A stretch of DNA of 64,000 nucleotides from an uncultured Acidobacteriota bacterium (GCA_963827655.1 CAWHCF010000043.1:75726-139725); one strand, 5' to 3'; shown: positions 52,935 to 63,326, counted from the first letter of the stretch. The notes: generated from the sequence alone by a model not told the origin. Made by a program: numbers and translations.

Positions 52935-53050
52935 ATTGCCATTTTGCTAATCCCAAAGTATGCCAAGGCAGATCTGGGCGCTTCGGCTTGCCGCGACCCT
53001 CGCCGGTTCCGCGAGTTGCTCGTACGGAACACGCCGCTGGGAGAAAGATC

Positions 53051-54004
53051 ATGACGGAGAAATGGTTGGACACAATTACTCGGGACCGTATCGAAGAAAC
53101 TTATCGCCGCATCAGGTCGTACATCCGCGAAACACCGGTGATTGCGGCCGATGGCGCCGATTTCGGCCTCAGCTTGTCCCCGGTAAGCTTCAAGCTGGAA
53201 TCGCTTCAACATTCAGGTTCGTTCAAGGCGCGTGGCGCCTTCGCGAACCTGCTCGACCGGCGCCTCCCACAGGCCGGCGTGGTCGCAGCCTCCGGGGGAA
53301 ACCATGGGGCGGCGGTCGCCTACGCCGCGATGAAGCTGGGGGCCACCGCAAAAATTTTTGTGCCCGCGATCTCGTCTCCGGCAAAGATGGAACGGATCCG
53401 CAGCTACGGCGCTGACCTGGTCATTGAAGGCGATTCCTATGCCGAAGCGCTGGGCGCGAGTGAATCCTGGGCCGCCCGGTCGGGGGCGTTAACGGTTCAT
53501 GCGTTCGATCAGGTGGAAACGCTGCTCGGTCAAGGGACCATCGGTCTCGAACTCGAAGCCCAGGCACCTCATCTCGACAGCCTCCTGGTCGCCATCGGCG
53601 GCGGCGGCCTCATCGCGGGTATCGCCGGGTGGTATGCGGGCAGGATCAATATTATTGGAGTTGAACCCGAGGCCGCCCCCACCCTCACGAGGGCGCTCGA
53701 GGCTGGACACCCGGTCGACGCCGAAGCCGGAGGGATCGCGGCGGATTCTCTCGCCCCGCGTCGCGTGGGCGAACTGGTCTTTCCCCTCGCGAAAAAGCAT
53801 GTGAGGGACGTCGTGTTAGTGACCGACGACGAGATTCGCAAGGCGCAAGAAGCGCTTTGGAGGGTATTGAGAATTGTGGCCGAGCCGGGCGGGGCTGCAG
53901 CGTTTGCGGCGCTCTTTTCCGGCCGGTACCGGCCCGAGCCGGAGGAACGCGTCGGAGTTCTCGTCAGTGGCGGCAACACGGTGGCCGTCGACTTCTATCG
54001 ATAG
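53051..54004 (+). CDS. PLP-dependent threonine/serine dehydratase
   Basis: KLESLQHSGSFKARGA, ASGGNHG, IGGGGL, SGGN. Confidence 0.9.
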   Translation: MTEKWLDTITRDRIEETYRRIRSYIRETPVIAADGADFGLSLSPVSFKLESLQHSGSFKARGAFANLLDRRLPQAGVVAASGGNHGAAVAYAAMKLGATAKIFVPAISSPAKMERIRSYGADLVIEGDSYAEALGASESWAARSGALTVHAFDQVETLLGQGTIGLELEAQAPHLDSLLVAIGGGGLIAGIAGWYAGRINIIGVEPEAAPTLTRALEAGHPVDAEAGGIAADSLAPRRVGELVFPLAKKHVRDVVLVTDDEIRKAQEALWRVLRIVAEPGGAAAFAALFSGRYRPEPEERVGVLVSGGNTVAVDFYR

Positions 54005-54097
54005 ACTGACAAGCGAGCGCGATCAGGAAGGAAAGATTGTGAAGCGCGACTGGGTTCGCTGAAGTAACTTCATATTAATGATAAGGAGAAAGCAACG

Positions 54098-54445
54098 ATG
54101 ACCATCGAGCGCATGGAGGTGGGAAGGCGGATGAGCCAGGTCGTGATCCACGGCGACACGGTCTATCTCGCGGGCCAGGTAGCGAACGACTCCGGGGCAG
54201 GCGTGGCCGACCAGACGCGCCAGATCCTGGCTAACATTGATAGCCTCCTCGCGAAGGCCGGAACCGACAAGTCAAAGTTGCTATTTGCCAACGTCTGGCT
54301 GTCCAGCATCTCGAGCTACGACGAGATGAACGCAGTGTGGGATGAGTGGGTCACGCCCGGCAACACACCCGCGCGAGCCTGCGTCGAGAGCCGACTGGCG
54401 AGGCCAGAGTACAAGGTGGAGATTGCGGTGGTCGCGGCGCGTTGA
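54098..54445 (+). CDS. RidA-family protein (YoaB-like)
   Basis: VYLAGQV, MNAVWDEW, PARACVE, KVEIAV. Confidence 0.92.
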   Translation: MTIERMEVGRRMSQVVIHGDTVYLAGQVANDSGAGVADQTRQILANIDSLLAKAGTDKSKLLFANVWLSSISSYDEMNAVWDEWVTPGNTPARACVESRLARPEYKVEIAVVAAR

Positions 54446-54470
54446 AGGGCGCATGGGCTGACGCAGGTCG

Positions 54471-54560
54471 TCCCGTTAAGATGCTTCGAGTTTTACAGTG
54501 TCTTTGAGTCTTCGTGGTCAGCGCGTCGGAACAAAAACCTGCCTCTAAGACTCGAAGACT
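54471..54560. repeat. Family A paired element
   Basis: CCCGTTAAGATGCTTCGAG...GTGTCTTTGAGTCTTCGTGGT...CCTCTAAGACTCGAAGACT. Confidence 0.75.
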
Positions 54561-54586
54561 GAAATCGAATTTTCAAGGCCTGGCAC

Positions 54587-54615
54587 TTGACACCGTGCGC
54601 GAAATGAGGGATTCT
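54587..54615 (+). promoter_or_regulatory. Sigma70-type promoter of secDF
   Basis: TTGACA-17 nt-GATTCT. Confidence 0.55.
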
Positions 54616-54730
54616 ATCGGTCTAAAATCGTTAGGTAAATAGCTGGAAGCAATGGAGAAATTGCCGGCCTGACCGGGAAAGAGCTGCACTTAATCCTCCT
54701 GCGCGTCCCATCGAGGTAATTTCCCAAACC

Positions 54731-56341
54731 ATGCCTAAAAACCTGAAGTGGAAACTACTGGTTATTGCTGCCGTGTTGGCGGCCTCGCTATGGTGGTTCA
54801 TTGCCCCGGCTGAAAAAGGTCAGCCCTGGTTCTCCAGGATCAACCTCGGTTTGGACCTCAAGGGGGGTATCCACCTTGTTCTCCAGGTTGTGACCGAGGA
54901 TGCTCTCACGCAGGAGCTTTACCAGATCGCCGACAAGATAACGCAGGAGTTGAAATCCAAGAATGTGGCTTTCGCTTCGGCAAAGAAGGGTACGGGCTAC
55001 ACCGTCGAAGTAGCGGGAGTCGACCCGAGCAAGGAGCGGGAGGTCCGCCAATATCTGGATGCCACTTTCAGCGGAGAGCACAGCATTCGTGGCTCGGTGG
55101 TTGAAGGAAAGAACAACTTCACTCTCACGCTTCAGGGGCCGGTGCTGCGCCGGCTCAAAGAGACCACAGTTGCGCAGGCGCTGGATACCATCAGGCGCCG
55201 CGTGGACGCGTTAGGAGTGACCGAACCGACGCTGCAGATCTACGGCGGAAGCGGCACCGATGTTCAGGACCAGATCATTGTGGAACTTCCCGGCATCGAC
55301 GATCCGGATCGAGTCAAGGAGATCATCAAGGGGACAGCGCAGCTCGAATTAAGGCTGGTCAAGAAAGATCAAGGCGGTCCGTTTACCACTCTGGAGGCTG
55401 CGGTTCAGGCTAACGGGGGGAAGATTCCCGAGGAATACGAGATTCTTCCATCTCGTGAGGATCGCGGGGAACAGAGCCACCTCGAGTACCTTGTCGTCAA
55501 CAAGATCCCCGTCATCACGGGTCGTCACCTGAAAAACGCGCGCCGGTCCACGGATGAAAACGGCGCGCCGGCAGTGGGCTTTTTCTTGGATTCCGAGGGC
55601 GCAGATTTGTTCAGTCGCGCGACCGAACAACACGTTGGCGAACGACTGGCTATCGTTCTGGACAAGATGGTCAGTTCCGCTCCTACGATTAACGAACGCA
55701 TCGGGGCGGAAGGTGTAATTCATGGAAGATTCACAGTGCAGCAGGCCGAGGACCTTTCCCTCCTGCTCCGCTCCGGGGCACTCCCAGCCTCAATCAGGGT
55801 TCTGGAGGAGAGAAACGTCGGCGCCTCACTCGGGAATGATTCGATACAGAAGGGAATTCTCGCCTCGATAATCGGTTTCAGCCTGGTGGTCACCGGAATG
55901 ATTTTCTACTACCGCTTTTCCGGTGTGAATGCGGTCCTGTGTCTGATCGCCAACCTTGTCATTCTGATGGGATTCATGGGCCTGGTTGGCGCCACCCTGA
56001 CATTGCCGGGGATTGCGGGCATAATCTTGACCATCGGGATGGGAGTGGATTCCAATATTCTGATCTTCGAGAGAATCAAAGAAGAGATGCGGAACGGCAA
56101 GACCGTGCGCTCGGCGGTCGACGCGGGCTTTTCCAAGGTCTTCTGGACCATTTTCGATACCCACACGACCACGCTCATCTCTGCGGCATTCCTGTTCCAG
56201 TTCGGCACCGGGCCCATCAGAGGATTCGCAGTTACCCTTACCGTGGGACTCATTGCCAACGTCTTCACTGCGGTCTTCGTCTCCAGACGATTCTTCGAGC
56301 TTCTCATGGGCAACCGCAAGGTTGAGGCGATATCGATCTAA
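54731..56341 (+). CDS. secD: Protein translocase subunit SecD
   Basis: NLGLDLKGG, RRVDALGVTEP, IVELPG, LRSGALP, TLPGIAG, DSNILIFERIKEE. Confidence 0.96.
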   Translation: MPKNLKWKLLVIAAVLAASLWWFIAPAEKGQPWFSRINLGLDLKGGIHLVLQVVTEDALTQELYQIADKITQELKSKNVAFASAKKGTGYTVEVAGVDPSKEREVRQYLDATFSGEHSIRGSVVEGKNNFTLTLQGPVLRRLKETTVAQALDTIRRRVDALGVTEPTLQIYGGSGTDVQDQIIVELPGIDDPDRVKEIIKGTAQLELRLVKKDQGGPFTTLEAAVQANGGKIPEEYEILPSREDRGEQSHLEYLVVNKIPVITGRHLKNARRSTDENGAPAVGFFLDSEGADLFSRATEQHVGERLAIVLDKMVSSAPTINERIGAEGVIHGRFTVQQAEDLSLLLRSGALPASIRVLEERNVGASLGNDSIQKGILASIIGFSLVVTGMIFYYRFSGVNAVLCLIANLVILMGFMGLVGATLTLPGIAGIILTIGMGVDSNILIFERIKEEMRNGKTVRSAVDAGFSKVFWTIFDTHTTTLISAAFLFQFGTGPIRGFAVTLTVGLIANVFTAVFVSRRFFELLMGNRKVEAISI

Positions 56342-56410
56342 TGGCGAGGGGACTCCGACGACGCCAGCCAAACCTTCGTTCGCGAGCCATATCATAAACA
56401 GGAGTCGCAA

Positions 56411-57851
56411 GTGGAAATCCTCAAGAATGTCAAAATTGATTGGTTGAAGAACAAGTGGTATTTCCTGGGGGTCTCCGGAGTGCTGCTCCTTATCGGGGTG
56501 ATCGGATACTTCGCGCGAGGCGGTTTCGCTTACGGGATTGATTTCACCGGCGGCACGCTCATCTATGTGAAGTTCAACCAGACACCCAATCTCAATGCGA
56601 TTCGTAATGCCCTGAGCCCGGAGTCAGTCGGAACCACGGTCATACAGACCTATGACGAACCCGCGAAGAATACGGTTCTGGTCCGCATGCAGACCGTTTT
56701 TGGCTCGGGGGAGGACGTGGACGCGGGTCAGAAAGGCAGTTCAGGCCCTGCTTTGGAAGACTTTCGGATCGGATTCGACACGAGTCTCTCGACAGAAGAT
56801 CGATCCGGGTAGTGCCACGCCTGAAATGATCACAGGCCATCTCATACAGTCGGATCCAGACAACCTCAGAAGCCAGAACAAGTCGGCAGAGGAAACCAGC
56901 GCCCACTATCAGGCGGTCACGACTGCGCTCATGAACCACAGGAACCAGGCCGGCCCGAAATGGTTGGACACGCTGGATCCGAAAGCTCTCAAGTCGAGTG
57001 CCGGGGTCATTGACAGTATTAACAGGTTATTCTACAAGCTCGATTTCAATAGTGGCGGGCTCGACCAGCTCGCATCCCATTTGATTTCAACCGATCCGGA
57101 CAACCTGAAGAGTCAGAACAAGACAACCGCCGAGATAGAGTCGTTCTACCGAAACCTGGCCGTTGCGATGATTGATTATCGAAACAAGGTGCGCGACGGA
57201 CTGGTGCCATCCCTGGACGAACTGGCAAAGGTACCTGGAGTAAGCGCAGCCACAGTCGAAAGTCTCAAGAAAGCGTTTTTCACAGGACCGTTCGCCATCA
57301 AGGGCGTGGAGAGCGTCGGCGCAGTGGTCGGGGCCGATCTCAGACGTCGCGCAGCGCTTGCGGTAGGGCTGTCGGTGGTGGCGATGCTCCTCTATATCGG
57401 GTTCCGCTTCAAACCGATTTACGGGGTTGCGGCAATTGCCGCTCTCTTTCACGATGTCCTGATTACGCTCGGGCTATTTGCGCTGTCACAGAAGGAGCTC
57501 TCATTGACCGTGGTGGGCGCCCTGCTCACCCTGGTTGGGTACTCCGTCAACGACAAGATCGTCATCTTTGACCGTGTCAGGGAGAACCTGCGCCTGAATC
57601 GCAAGGATTCTCTGACCCGCATCATTAATCTGAGCATCAACCAGACCCTCTCACGAACTATTCTCACCTCCGGCATTGTCTTTTGCGCCCTGGCGCTCTG
57701 GATCTTCGGCGGAGAAGTACTGAACGGCTTCGCTTTCGCTCTTACCGTTGGGATTATCGTCGGGACTTATTCTACTTTCGCGGTAGCGGGGCCGATCGTC
57801 GAATTCTGGTATCGCTCGCAGGAGCAGAAGTCAGGCCGCAAAGCGGCGTGA
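56411..57851 (+). CDS. secF: Protein translocase subunit SecF with an expanded periplasmic insert; frameshift near 56730
   Basis: GIDFTGG, ALFHDV, GYSVNDKIVIFDRVREN, QTLSRT, GTYS. Confidence 0.92.
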
Positions 57852-57887
57852 AGCCGTCGATACGCTAGCTTGGAGCCGCGCGACGAG

Positions 57888-59315
57888 TCATTTGTTAAAG
57901 CTTATATCTGCGGCTTCAAAGGTCCTGATTCTGCCCTGACTCCATGGGAAGGCTTTCCAGCGTTCAATTGCGATCGACTCCGATTCTTTAGGAATCCATT
58001 TCTTGAATTCATGAGGCGGGCAGTTTCCAGAAGCACAGAAATAATCGACCTCGATCATTGCCAGTTTCTTCTCCCCGCCCAATCGGATCCAGGCTATTTC
58101 GTTTGCATGATATTCGTAAGGAGGCACTCGTCCGATTGAAGTGTAGATGTCCAGATTGTCCGCTGCCAGCTTCTCGTATTTGTCCCTGATTGCACTCTTT
58201 TCGAGCGTCGGCACTGTTTCATCGTTCTCAGCGATCTTGTAAAAGTCAGGCTTGAAGCTGTTCTGTACGAACTTCCCTAATGCACGATATCGTGTGATGC
58301 CCGGGTACTCCTTGATGAGAAGCTGTGCCTTGTTTCGGAGGTCTACGTTGAGTTGATCGTAAACCGAATAGATATAGTCGCCCATCAATTTCTGGACTTG
58401 TGGTATCGCAGACTTGCTTTTGGAAGGAACCGTAGGACTCGACGCGACAATGACGCCTGCCATGGATACGGCAAAGGCCGCGGCTCCAGCCGGGGTGAAT
58501 GCCGCCGCGGCCCAGATTGTGTTGCCTATCAAGGCCGTAATAAAGCCCTTCCAGCTCCCCGATTCCAAGGCATCGATTCGATTGCTGAGCGCCGTGGTAG
58601 CGAATAGATTTGCTCCTTGAATGGCGGCCTCCCTCCAGTCGCTGAGAACATCCCGCATGTCCTGCTCGAGGTTCGTGACGTCGGCAACGCCGCCCGCGAT
58701 GACTTGCTCAAGTGCAGGCTTGATCTCCTGTCCGTAAATCTTCCAAGCGTCACCTTCGAAGAAACGAAGCTTGGCGTTAAGCTCCTGGCGCAATTCTTTT
58801 GTCAGTTTACCGCTTGCTCGAATGCGAGCCGCATCCTCCCGGCCCAGGCGTTGAGCAAACTTTTTATCCTTCCGCTTCCGCTCACTGGCCACGAAGACCG
58901 CGAACGATGGGATCGATTCCTCCTCGCCGGCTTTGTGTTCCGGCTGACGTTGGATCACGGGTTCCGGCGGTTTTATCACCTGTCCGGCTACACGGTCTGA
59001 CCCAGGCTTATGAATATCTCCTGACGCTAGTACCGTTGTTTTCCGTACAGGTATCCGGCTGAGATCTTTTGACAAGCGCGCCATTGCGGAGACGCAGGAA
59101 TGGTTTCCCAACGTTCCAACTCCAGTCCGTAACAACCTCAGCGCGGCCTGATTCCCAATCGTGCGTTGCAGGTATAGGAAAAGGGGGGTCTGGCGGCTTA
59201 TGGCAGGGACAACCTCGCTCGACCTCGTGACGGCATGCGATTCATGTCTCTGTGCTTGAGCGCGTTGTGTCAAAGCCTTTGAAGATCGCATGGATGATGT
59301 GCTTGTTCGCAACAC
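57888..59315 (-). CDS. Hypothetical protein with eCIS-core (DUF4157-associated) leader motifs
   Basis: LQRTIGNQAALRLL, DLSRIPV, SDRVAGQV...IQRQ; hydrophobic Ala-rich segment; unrecognised C-terminus. Confidence 0.6.
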   Translation of the reverse strand: MLRTSTSSMRSSKALTQRAQAQRHESHAVTRSSEVVPAISRQTPLFLYLQRTIGNQAALRLLRTGVGTLGNHSCVSAMARLSKDLSRIPVRKTTVLASGDIHKPGSDRVAGQVIKPPEPVIQRQPEHKAGEEESIPSFAVFVASERKRKDKKFAQRLGREDAARIRASGKLTKELRQELNAKLRFFEGDAWKIYGQEIKPALEQVIAGGVADVTNLEQDMRDVLSDWREAAIQGANLFATTALSNRIDALESGSWKGFITALIGNTIWAAAAFTPAGAAAFAVSMAGVIVASSPTVPSKSKSAIPQVQKLMGDYIYSVYDQLNVDLRNKAQLLIKEYPGITRYRALGKFVQNSFKPDFYKIAENDETVPTLEKSAIRDKYEKLAADNLDIYTSIGRVPPYEYHANEIAWIRLGGEKKLAMIEVDYFCASGNCPPHEFKKWIPKESESIAIERWKAFPWSQGRIRTFEAADISFNK

Positions 59316-59558
59316 TTACGTGTCTAATTTCACCCGCTGCCCAGAAGTCGCGCTTAGCCTGACGACCACGGTCCGTCTCATAACGCAGTAAGACTAAAGC
59401 GTCTTACTCGAGGAGTCAACAAGTAGGGTCGAGATCCTGTCATAAGAATGTTGATGCGCATCTATGGCTCGATCGATGCGAGCGCCGATACGTGCTCCAC
59501 GTGAACGAGCCCGCCGTCAGAAGGTGTGCAAAAAATAGGTCTGCGGCGCGCGTCGTCA

Positions 59559-59928
59559 GAGACTGTCTCAAAACTCAGATTCCCCTGGTAGTTTGGTCAG
59601 ACATTCTTAGAGCACCTGTGGCGACGGCCAATGGCCCGTCGCCCGGAGTTTGGACATTTCACAGGCATAGAAGCTCGGGTGCCTGTAGCCAGGGCCGAAG
59701 GCCCGGCAGTGAATAGCCCCGCCCGTAAGGGCGTGGTTTGTGGTGCAGATGACATGGAGGTCCGAAGGACCGGCACAAAACCTGTATCGCAGGGTGGGCC
59801 TTCGGCCCTCGGACTACGGGTTTTGCCGCCGGCCTTAACGGCCGGGGCTACGCACTGTCGGCCCTCGGGCCTCGGACGGGCTTGATAGCCCGTCCGCACA
59901 TGAACCGGGCGCGTTTTGCAACTGTCTC
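59559..59928. mobile_element. MITE-like element with IS-like terminal inverted repeats enclosing a REP cassette
   Basis: GAGACTGTCTCAAAAC / GTTTTGCAACTGTCTC (13/16 complementary); internal GGGCCGAAGGCCC, GGTCCGAAGGACC, GGGCCTTCGGCCC hairpins. Confidence 0.7.
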
Positions 59929-60018
59929 ATCGACCCGCGCGCTGACTGCGCGGATGCCCCCATGCCAAGCAGGTGTATAGTCCGTAGTGTTTTCCACTGC
60001 GGTTCTTGGTGAAGTGCT

Positions 60019-61917
60019 GTGGGCGAACTGAGCTTCGATGAGCTGGTCAGGGCCGGCGTTGCGCTTTTTGTGCTCGCTGCGCTGATTGGGCTGCTTATCG
60101 CGATCGTCATCACGATCGCCCTGATCGGCCTCTACCGGTATCGCGTCGGGCGCTCCATGCGGATCGGTGCCGGCACGCCGGCGAAACCCTCGAGCCGGCA
60201 GCCCCATGCAGTCCCTCAGAACACGCTCGAGATCGAGTTCATCACACCGGCCGGGGTGACTCCACGAGTGGCGCGGGCCGCGCCTGTCGTTGACAAGGTC
60301 AAGCGGCAAGCCTGGCAGGTTGCGGCGATCATTGCGGGCGCTGCCTCCCTGCAACCCCTTATCTCGGCGGCCGCGATCCTGGTCGCGATGAACTTCAATC
60401 CTTCCTCGAACGTGGTCCTCAAGTCCATTCTCCTGTTCGGAAGCTTTTATCTCATTCTGGCAACGCCGGTGGCTCTGGCGCCGACGATGGTCCTGAAACC
60501 ACGGCCCCGGTTCCTGGCGCTTGCGGTTCTGGTCCTGATCGCCGCGCTGGGCGCCTCGGACGCCATGATTGGCGGAAGTTCCATTGAGTTGTGGGTAATG
60601 CTCGCCGGCGTGCCGACCGGGGCCGTCTTGCTCCTGAGCGCGCGGCGCCTGCGCGCGGTCGGTCCGATCGTTTTTGCCGCGATCCTGCTTCTCCTCTTCG
60701 GCGCTGCAGCCGGCGTAGTCTACGCGGCTCTGCATGCGTGGGACGCTATCGGGCCGGTGCGCTTCGTACGGGATGATCTCAGTCAGCTCCCCATGTCTGA
60801 TGCTTTCTCACGATATTTTTTCGATGAGGTCGGCAGACTGCCGTTGCCGGAGATGATGGCCGCCATCAACGAATTTGTGCGCAATCCTGCGAGCGTCGTT
60901 CGAGCGGCGCACCCGGAGGCCTTGACGACGGCGGTCAAACTTCGCTACTTCGGCATCTTGCTGGCCGCCACCGGCTTCGGTGTCGTTGCGGCTCTGGCGT
61001 TGCCGCGGCGGATCGCCCGCAGCTATCAGGCCCGCCGCGCCAGCGACCAGATGCTCACCATCGATATCTTGATGGTGATCTTCACCATAGCCGGCTTTGC
61101 AACCCAGTTGGCCGCGTTCGGCTGGGTTGTCGGTGCCGCCGCGCCCGCTGGTTTTGCAGGTTACAAGCTCTTTGTACGCTGGTGTCTCAGACGCCGGCGG
61201 CGGTCGGCGCCGCCGGCGGCGCCTCGGACGCTCCTGCTTCTTCGTGTGTTTGGCTTCGATAAGCGTACCCAACGTCTGCTCGACGATCTCGGGCAGCGCT
61301 GGCGGTATCTCGGTCCGATCCGGCTGATCGGCGGCGCCGATCTCGCCTATGCGACGCTCGAACCCCACGAGTTCCTCGCCTTTCTGAGCGGACGGCTGAC
61401 CCGCGCCTTCATCAAGGACTCGGGCGACCTGGACCGGCGCCTGGTGGAGTCCACCGCGTTGCCCGATCCCGATGGCCTCTATCGTGTCGAGGATTTCTTC
61501 TGCCATGACGATACCTGGCGGATGACGGTCTCCCGCCTCGCCGGCAACGCCGATGCCGTGCTGATGGACTTGCGCGGCTTCACTCCGGCAAACCGCGGCT
61601 GCATCTTCGAGATCGAGGAACTGATCGCCTCGGTGGCGGTCATCCGGGTTGTTCTGATTGTGGACGATTCGACCGATGTCCGGTTCCTTGAACAGACCAT
61701 CGAGGCCGCCTGGCGCGCGATCCCGGGCGATTCGCCCGAACGCGGTGGAGGGCCCGCATCGGCTGCGGATCCTCAAGGCATCGTCCCCTCACCGTCGTAC
61801 GCTCGATACTCTGCTGGGACTGCTCTGCGAAAGCTGAAACTCCGGTCCACTGAAAACTCCAGCCGCACGCCCCCGACACCTGCCAAAGTGCTCTCCAATC
61901 TTCCGATCAAGTCGTGA
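60019..61917 (+). CDS. Multi-pass membrane protein with a C-terminal soluble alpha/beta domain; probable frameshift near 61740, true stop probably 61837
   Basis: Many TM helices; LLLLRVFG, WRYLGPIRLIGG.D, FFCHDDTW, VLMDLRGF...GCIFEI. Confidence 0.65.
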   Translation: MGELSFDELVRAGVALFVLAALIGLLIAIVITIALIGLYRYRVGRSMRIGAGTPAKPSSRQPHAVPQNTLEIEFITPAGVTPRVARAAPVVDKVKRQAWQVAAIIAGAASLQPLISAAAILVAMNFNPSSNVVLKSILLFGSFYLILATPVALAPTMVLKPRPRFLALAVLVLIAALGASDAMIGGSSIELWVMLAGVPTGAVLLLSARRLRAVGPIVFAAILLLLFGAAAGVVYAALHAWDAIGPVRFVRDDLSQLPMSDAFSRYFFDEVGRLPLPEMMAAINEFVRNPASVVRAAHPEALTTAVKLRYFGILLAATGFGVVAALALPRRIARSYQARRASDQMLTIDILMVIFTIAGFATQLAAFGWVVGAAAPAGFAGYKLFVRWCLRRRRRSAPPAAPRTLLLLRVFGFDKRTQRLLDDLGQRWRYLGPIRLIGGADLAYATLEPHEFLAFLSGRLTRAFIKDSGDLDRRLVESTALPDPDGLYRVEDFFCHDDTWRMTVSRLAGNADAVLMDLRGFTPANRGCIFEIEELIASVAVIRVVLIVDDSTDVRFLEQTIEAAWRAIPGDSPERGGGPASAADPQGIVPSPSYARYSAGTALRKLKLRSTENSSRTPPTPAKVLSNLPIKS

Positions 61918-61997
61918 CTCTCGCGCGCGGTGTTTGGCCTTCCCGGACGCCCTCGCAGGCTTTTCCATGCCAAAGGAGGCTGACCCATTCCGGAACC

Positions 61998-63326
61998 CTA
62001 TTTCCATCCATACAGTCGTTGCGCGTTTTCGCGCAGAACCCCGCGCCCGACCTCAATCGCGCGCTCCTGGCTCATCACGCCGTCGCGAACCAATCCTGCC
62101 AAAGCCAGGTACAGCGCGTCACGCGTGGCCCGTGAGACCATCACGTGGTGCACGTCCGCCCCGCCGGGCATGCTGGGATAACTGGCGGCATCCGTGCCAT
62201 AGAGGACCTTCTCTGGCGCAAACACGAGGTACCTGCGCAGCACGCTGGCAAAATCAGGCACGGGATAGAGGAACCCGATCGACGAAATGTCCACCCACAC
62301 GTTGGGCTTGAGCGCCAGATAGATGGCGATGTCGTACCAGGGTCCACCGCCGTGGATGAGGACGATCGGGGTAGCAAAGAACTTCGGGTCGGCCAGCACG
62401 TCTTCCAGATTGCGGACATCCGACTCGAGGGACCGCAGGAACGGCGGGACACCGAGCGACGAATGGATGTGGACCGGAAGAGCAATCTTGCCGGCCTCGA
62501 GGAGGATGTGTCGCCAGAGGAAGTCTTGCAGGGCCAGATATTCGTCGCGCGCGAGCGGTGTCGTTTTCCCTTTCGCGTAGAGGTCTGCAGCCTGCATCTC
62601 TGGCACGTCGGCGATCCTCAGCGTGCGAAGATACGCGTCGAAGAACTTCACGGCGACGGCACCTTCTTTCCGCCAGCGTCGCAGTGTGTCATCGATGAAG
62701 CGGACGTAGGCGGCCAGGTCAGGGGGAGCCGCAGTGAGGTTCGCCTTCATCAGGAACCCTTGAAGATTCTTCTGGAGCCCCGCGATGTCGACCTTGTGTG
62801 ACGGACTGCGGGCCATCAGATGATCGGCTGGAAGTGGATACAGCAGCGTGCTGGCGTGGGGCACCCAGCGCAAGCGCTTGTCATCGATTCCCTGCCGGCT
62901 GTTCGCGTTGACGAGGGCGATCTCTGTATGGGTGTAATCGAGGTGATTCATCCAGTAGCCGTGCTCGCCCAGCCGTTTGACCATCGCGTCGCGCGCGGAC
63001 GCGATGGCCTCGATGGCCGCCGCCCAGTTGCCCGGCTCGACCGTGATGCCGAACCGCGCCTTGACGGTCGAAAGGAACCACGGATGGGTACTCCGGAGCA
63101 GCACCGGCGTCGCGGCAGCTAATGATGGGTCGAACTTGCCCGGCTGCAGGAGGTGCGTGTGGTTGTCGATCGCCGAGACCTCGTCGAGCGCGGCGGCGAG
63201 GCGTTGAAAGAGCGGATCATTCCTCCAGGGAGTCGGCAGTTCCTGCGCCGCAGCAAGGCCCAACAGCAGGCCGGTCAACATGAGGAGACACGCGATCGCG
63301 CGCTGGATCATGAACCCTCCCGACAA
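61998..63326 (-). CDS. Exported amidohydrolase-family protein
   Basis: Signal peptide; IDNHTH, VHIH, VLIHGG, KVLYGTD. Confidence 0.85.
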   Translation of the reverse strand: MSGGFMIQRAIACLLMLTGLLLGLAAAQELPTPWRNDPLFQRLAAALDEVSAIDNHTHLLQPGKFDPSLAAATPVLLRSTHPWFLSTVKARFGITVEPGNWAAAIEAIASARDAMVKRLGEHGYWMNHLDYTHTEIALVNANSRQGIDDKRLRWVPHASTLLYPLPADHLMARSPSHKVDIAGLQKNLQGFLMKANLTAAPPDLAAYVRFIDDTLRRWRKEGAVAVKFFDAYLRTLRIADVPEMQAADLYAKGKTTPLARDEYLALQDFLWRHILLEAGKIALPVHIHSSLGVPPFLRSLESDVRNLEDVLADPKFFATPIVLIHGGGPWYDIAIYLALKPNVWVDISSIGFLYPVPDFASVLRRYLVFAPEKVLYGTDAASYPSMPGGADVHHVMVSRATRDALYLALAGLVRDGVMSQERAIEVGRGVLRENAQRLYGWK

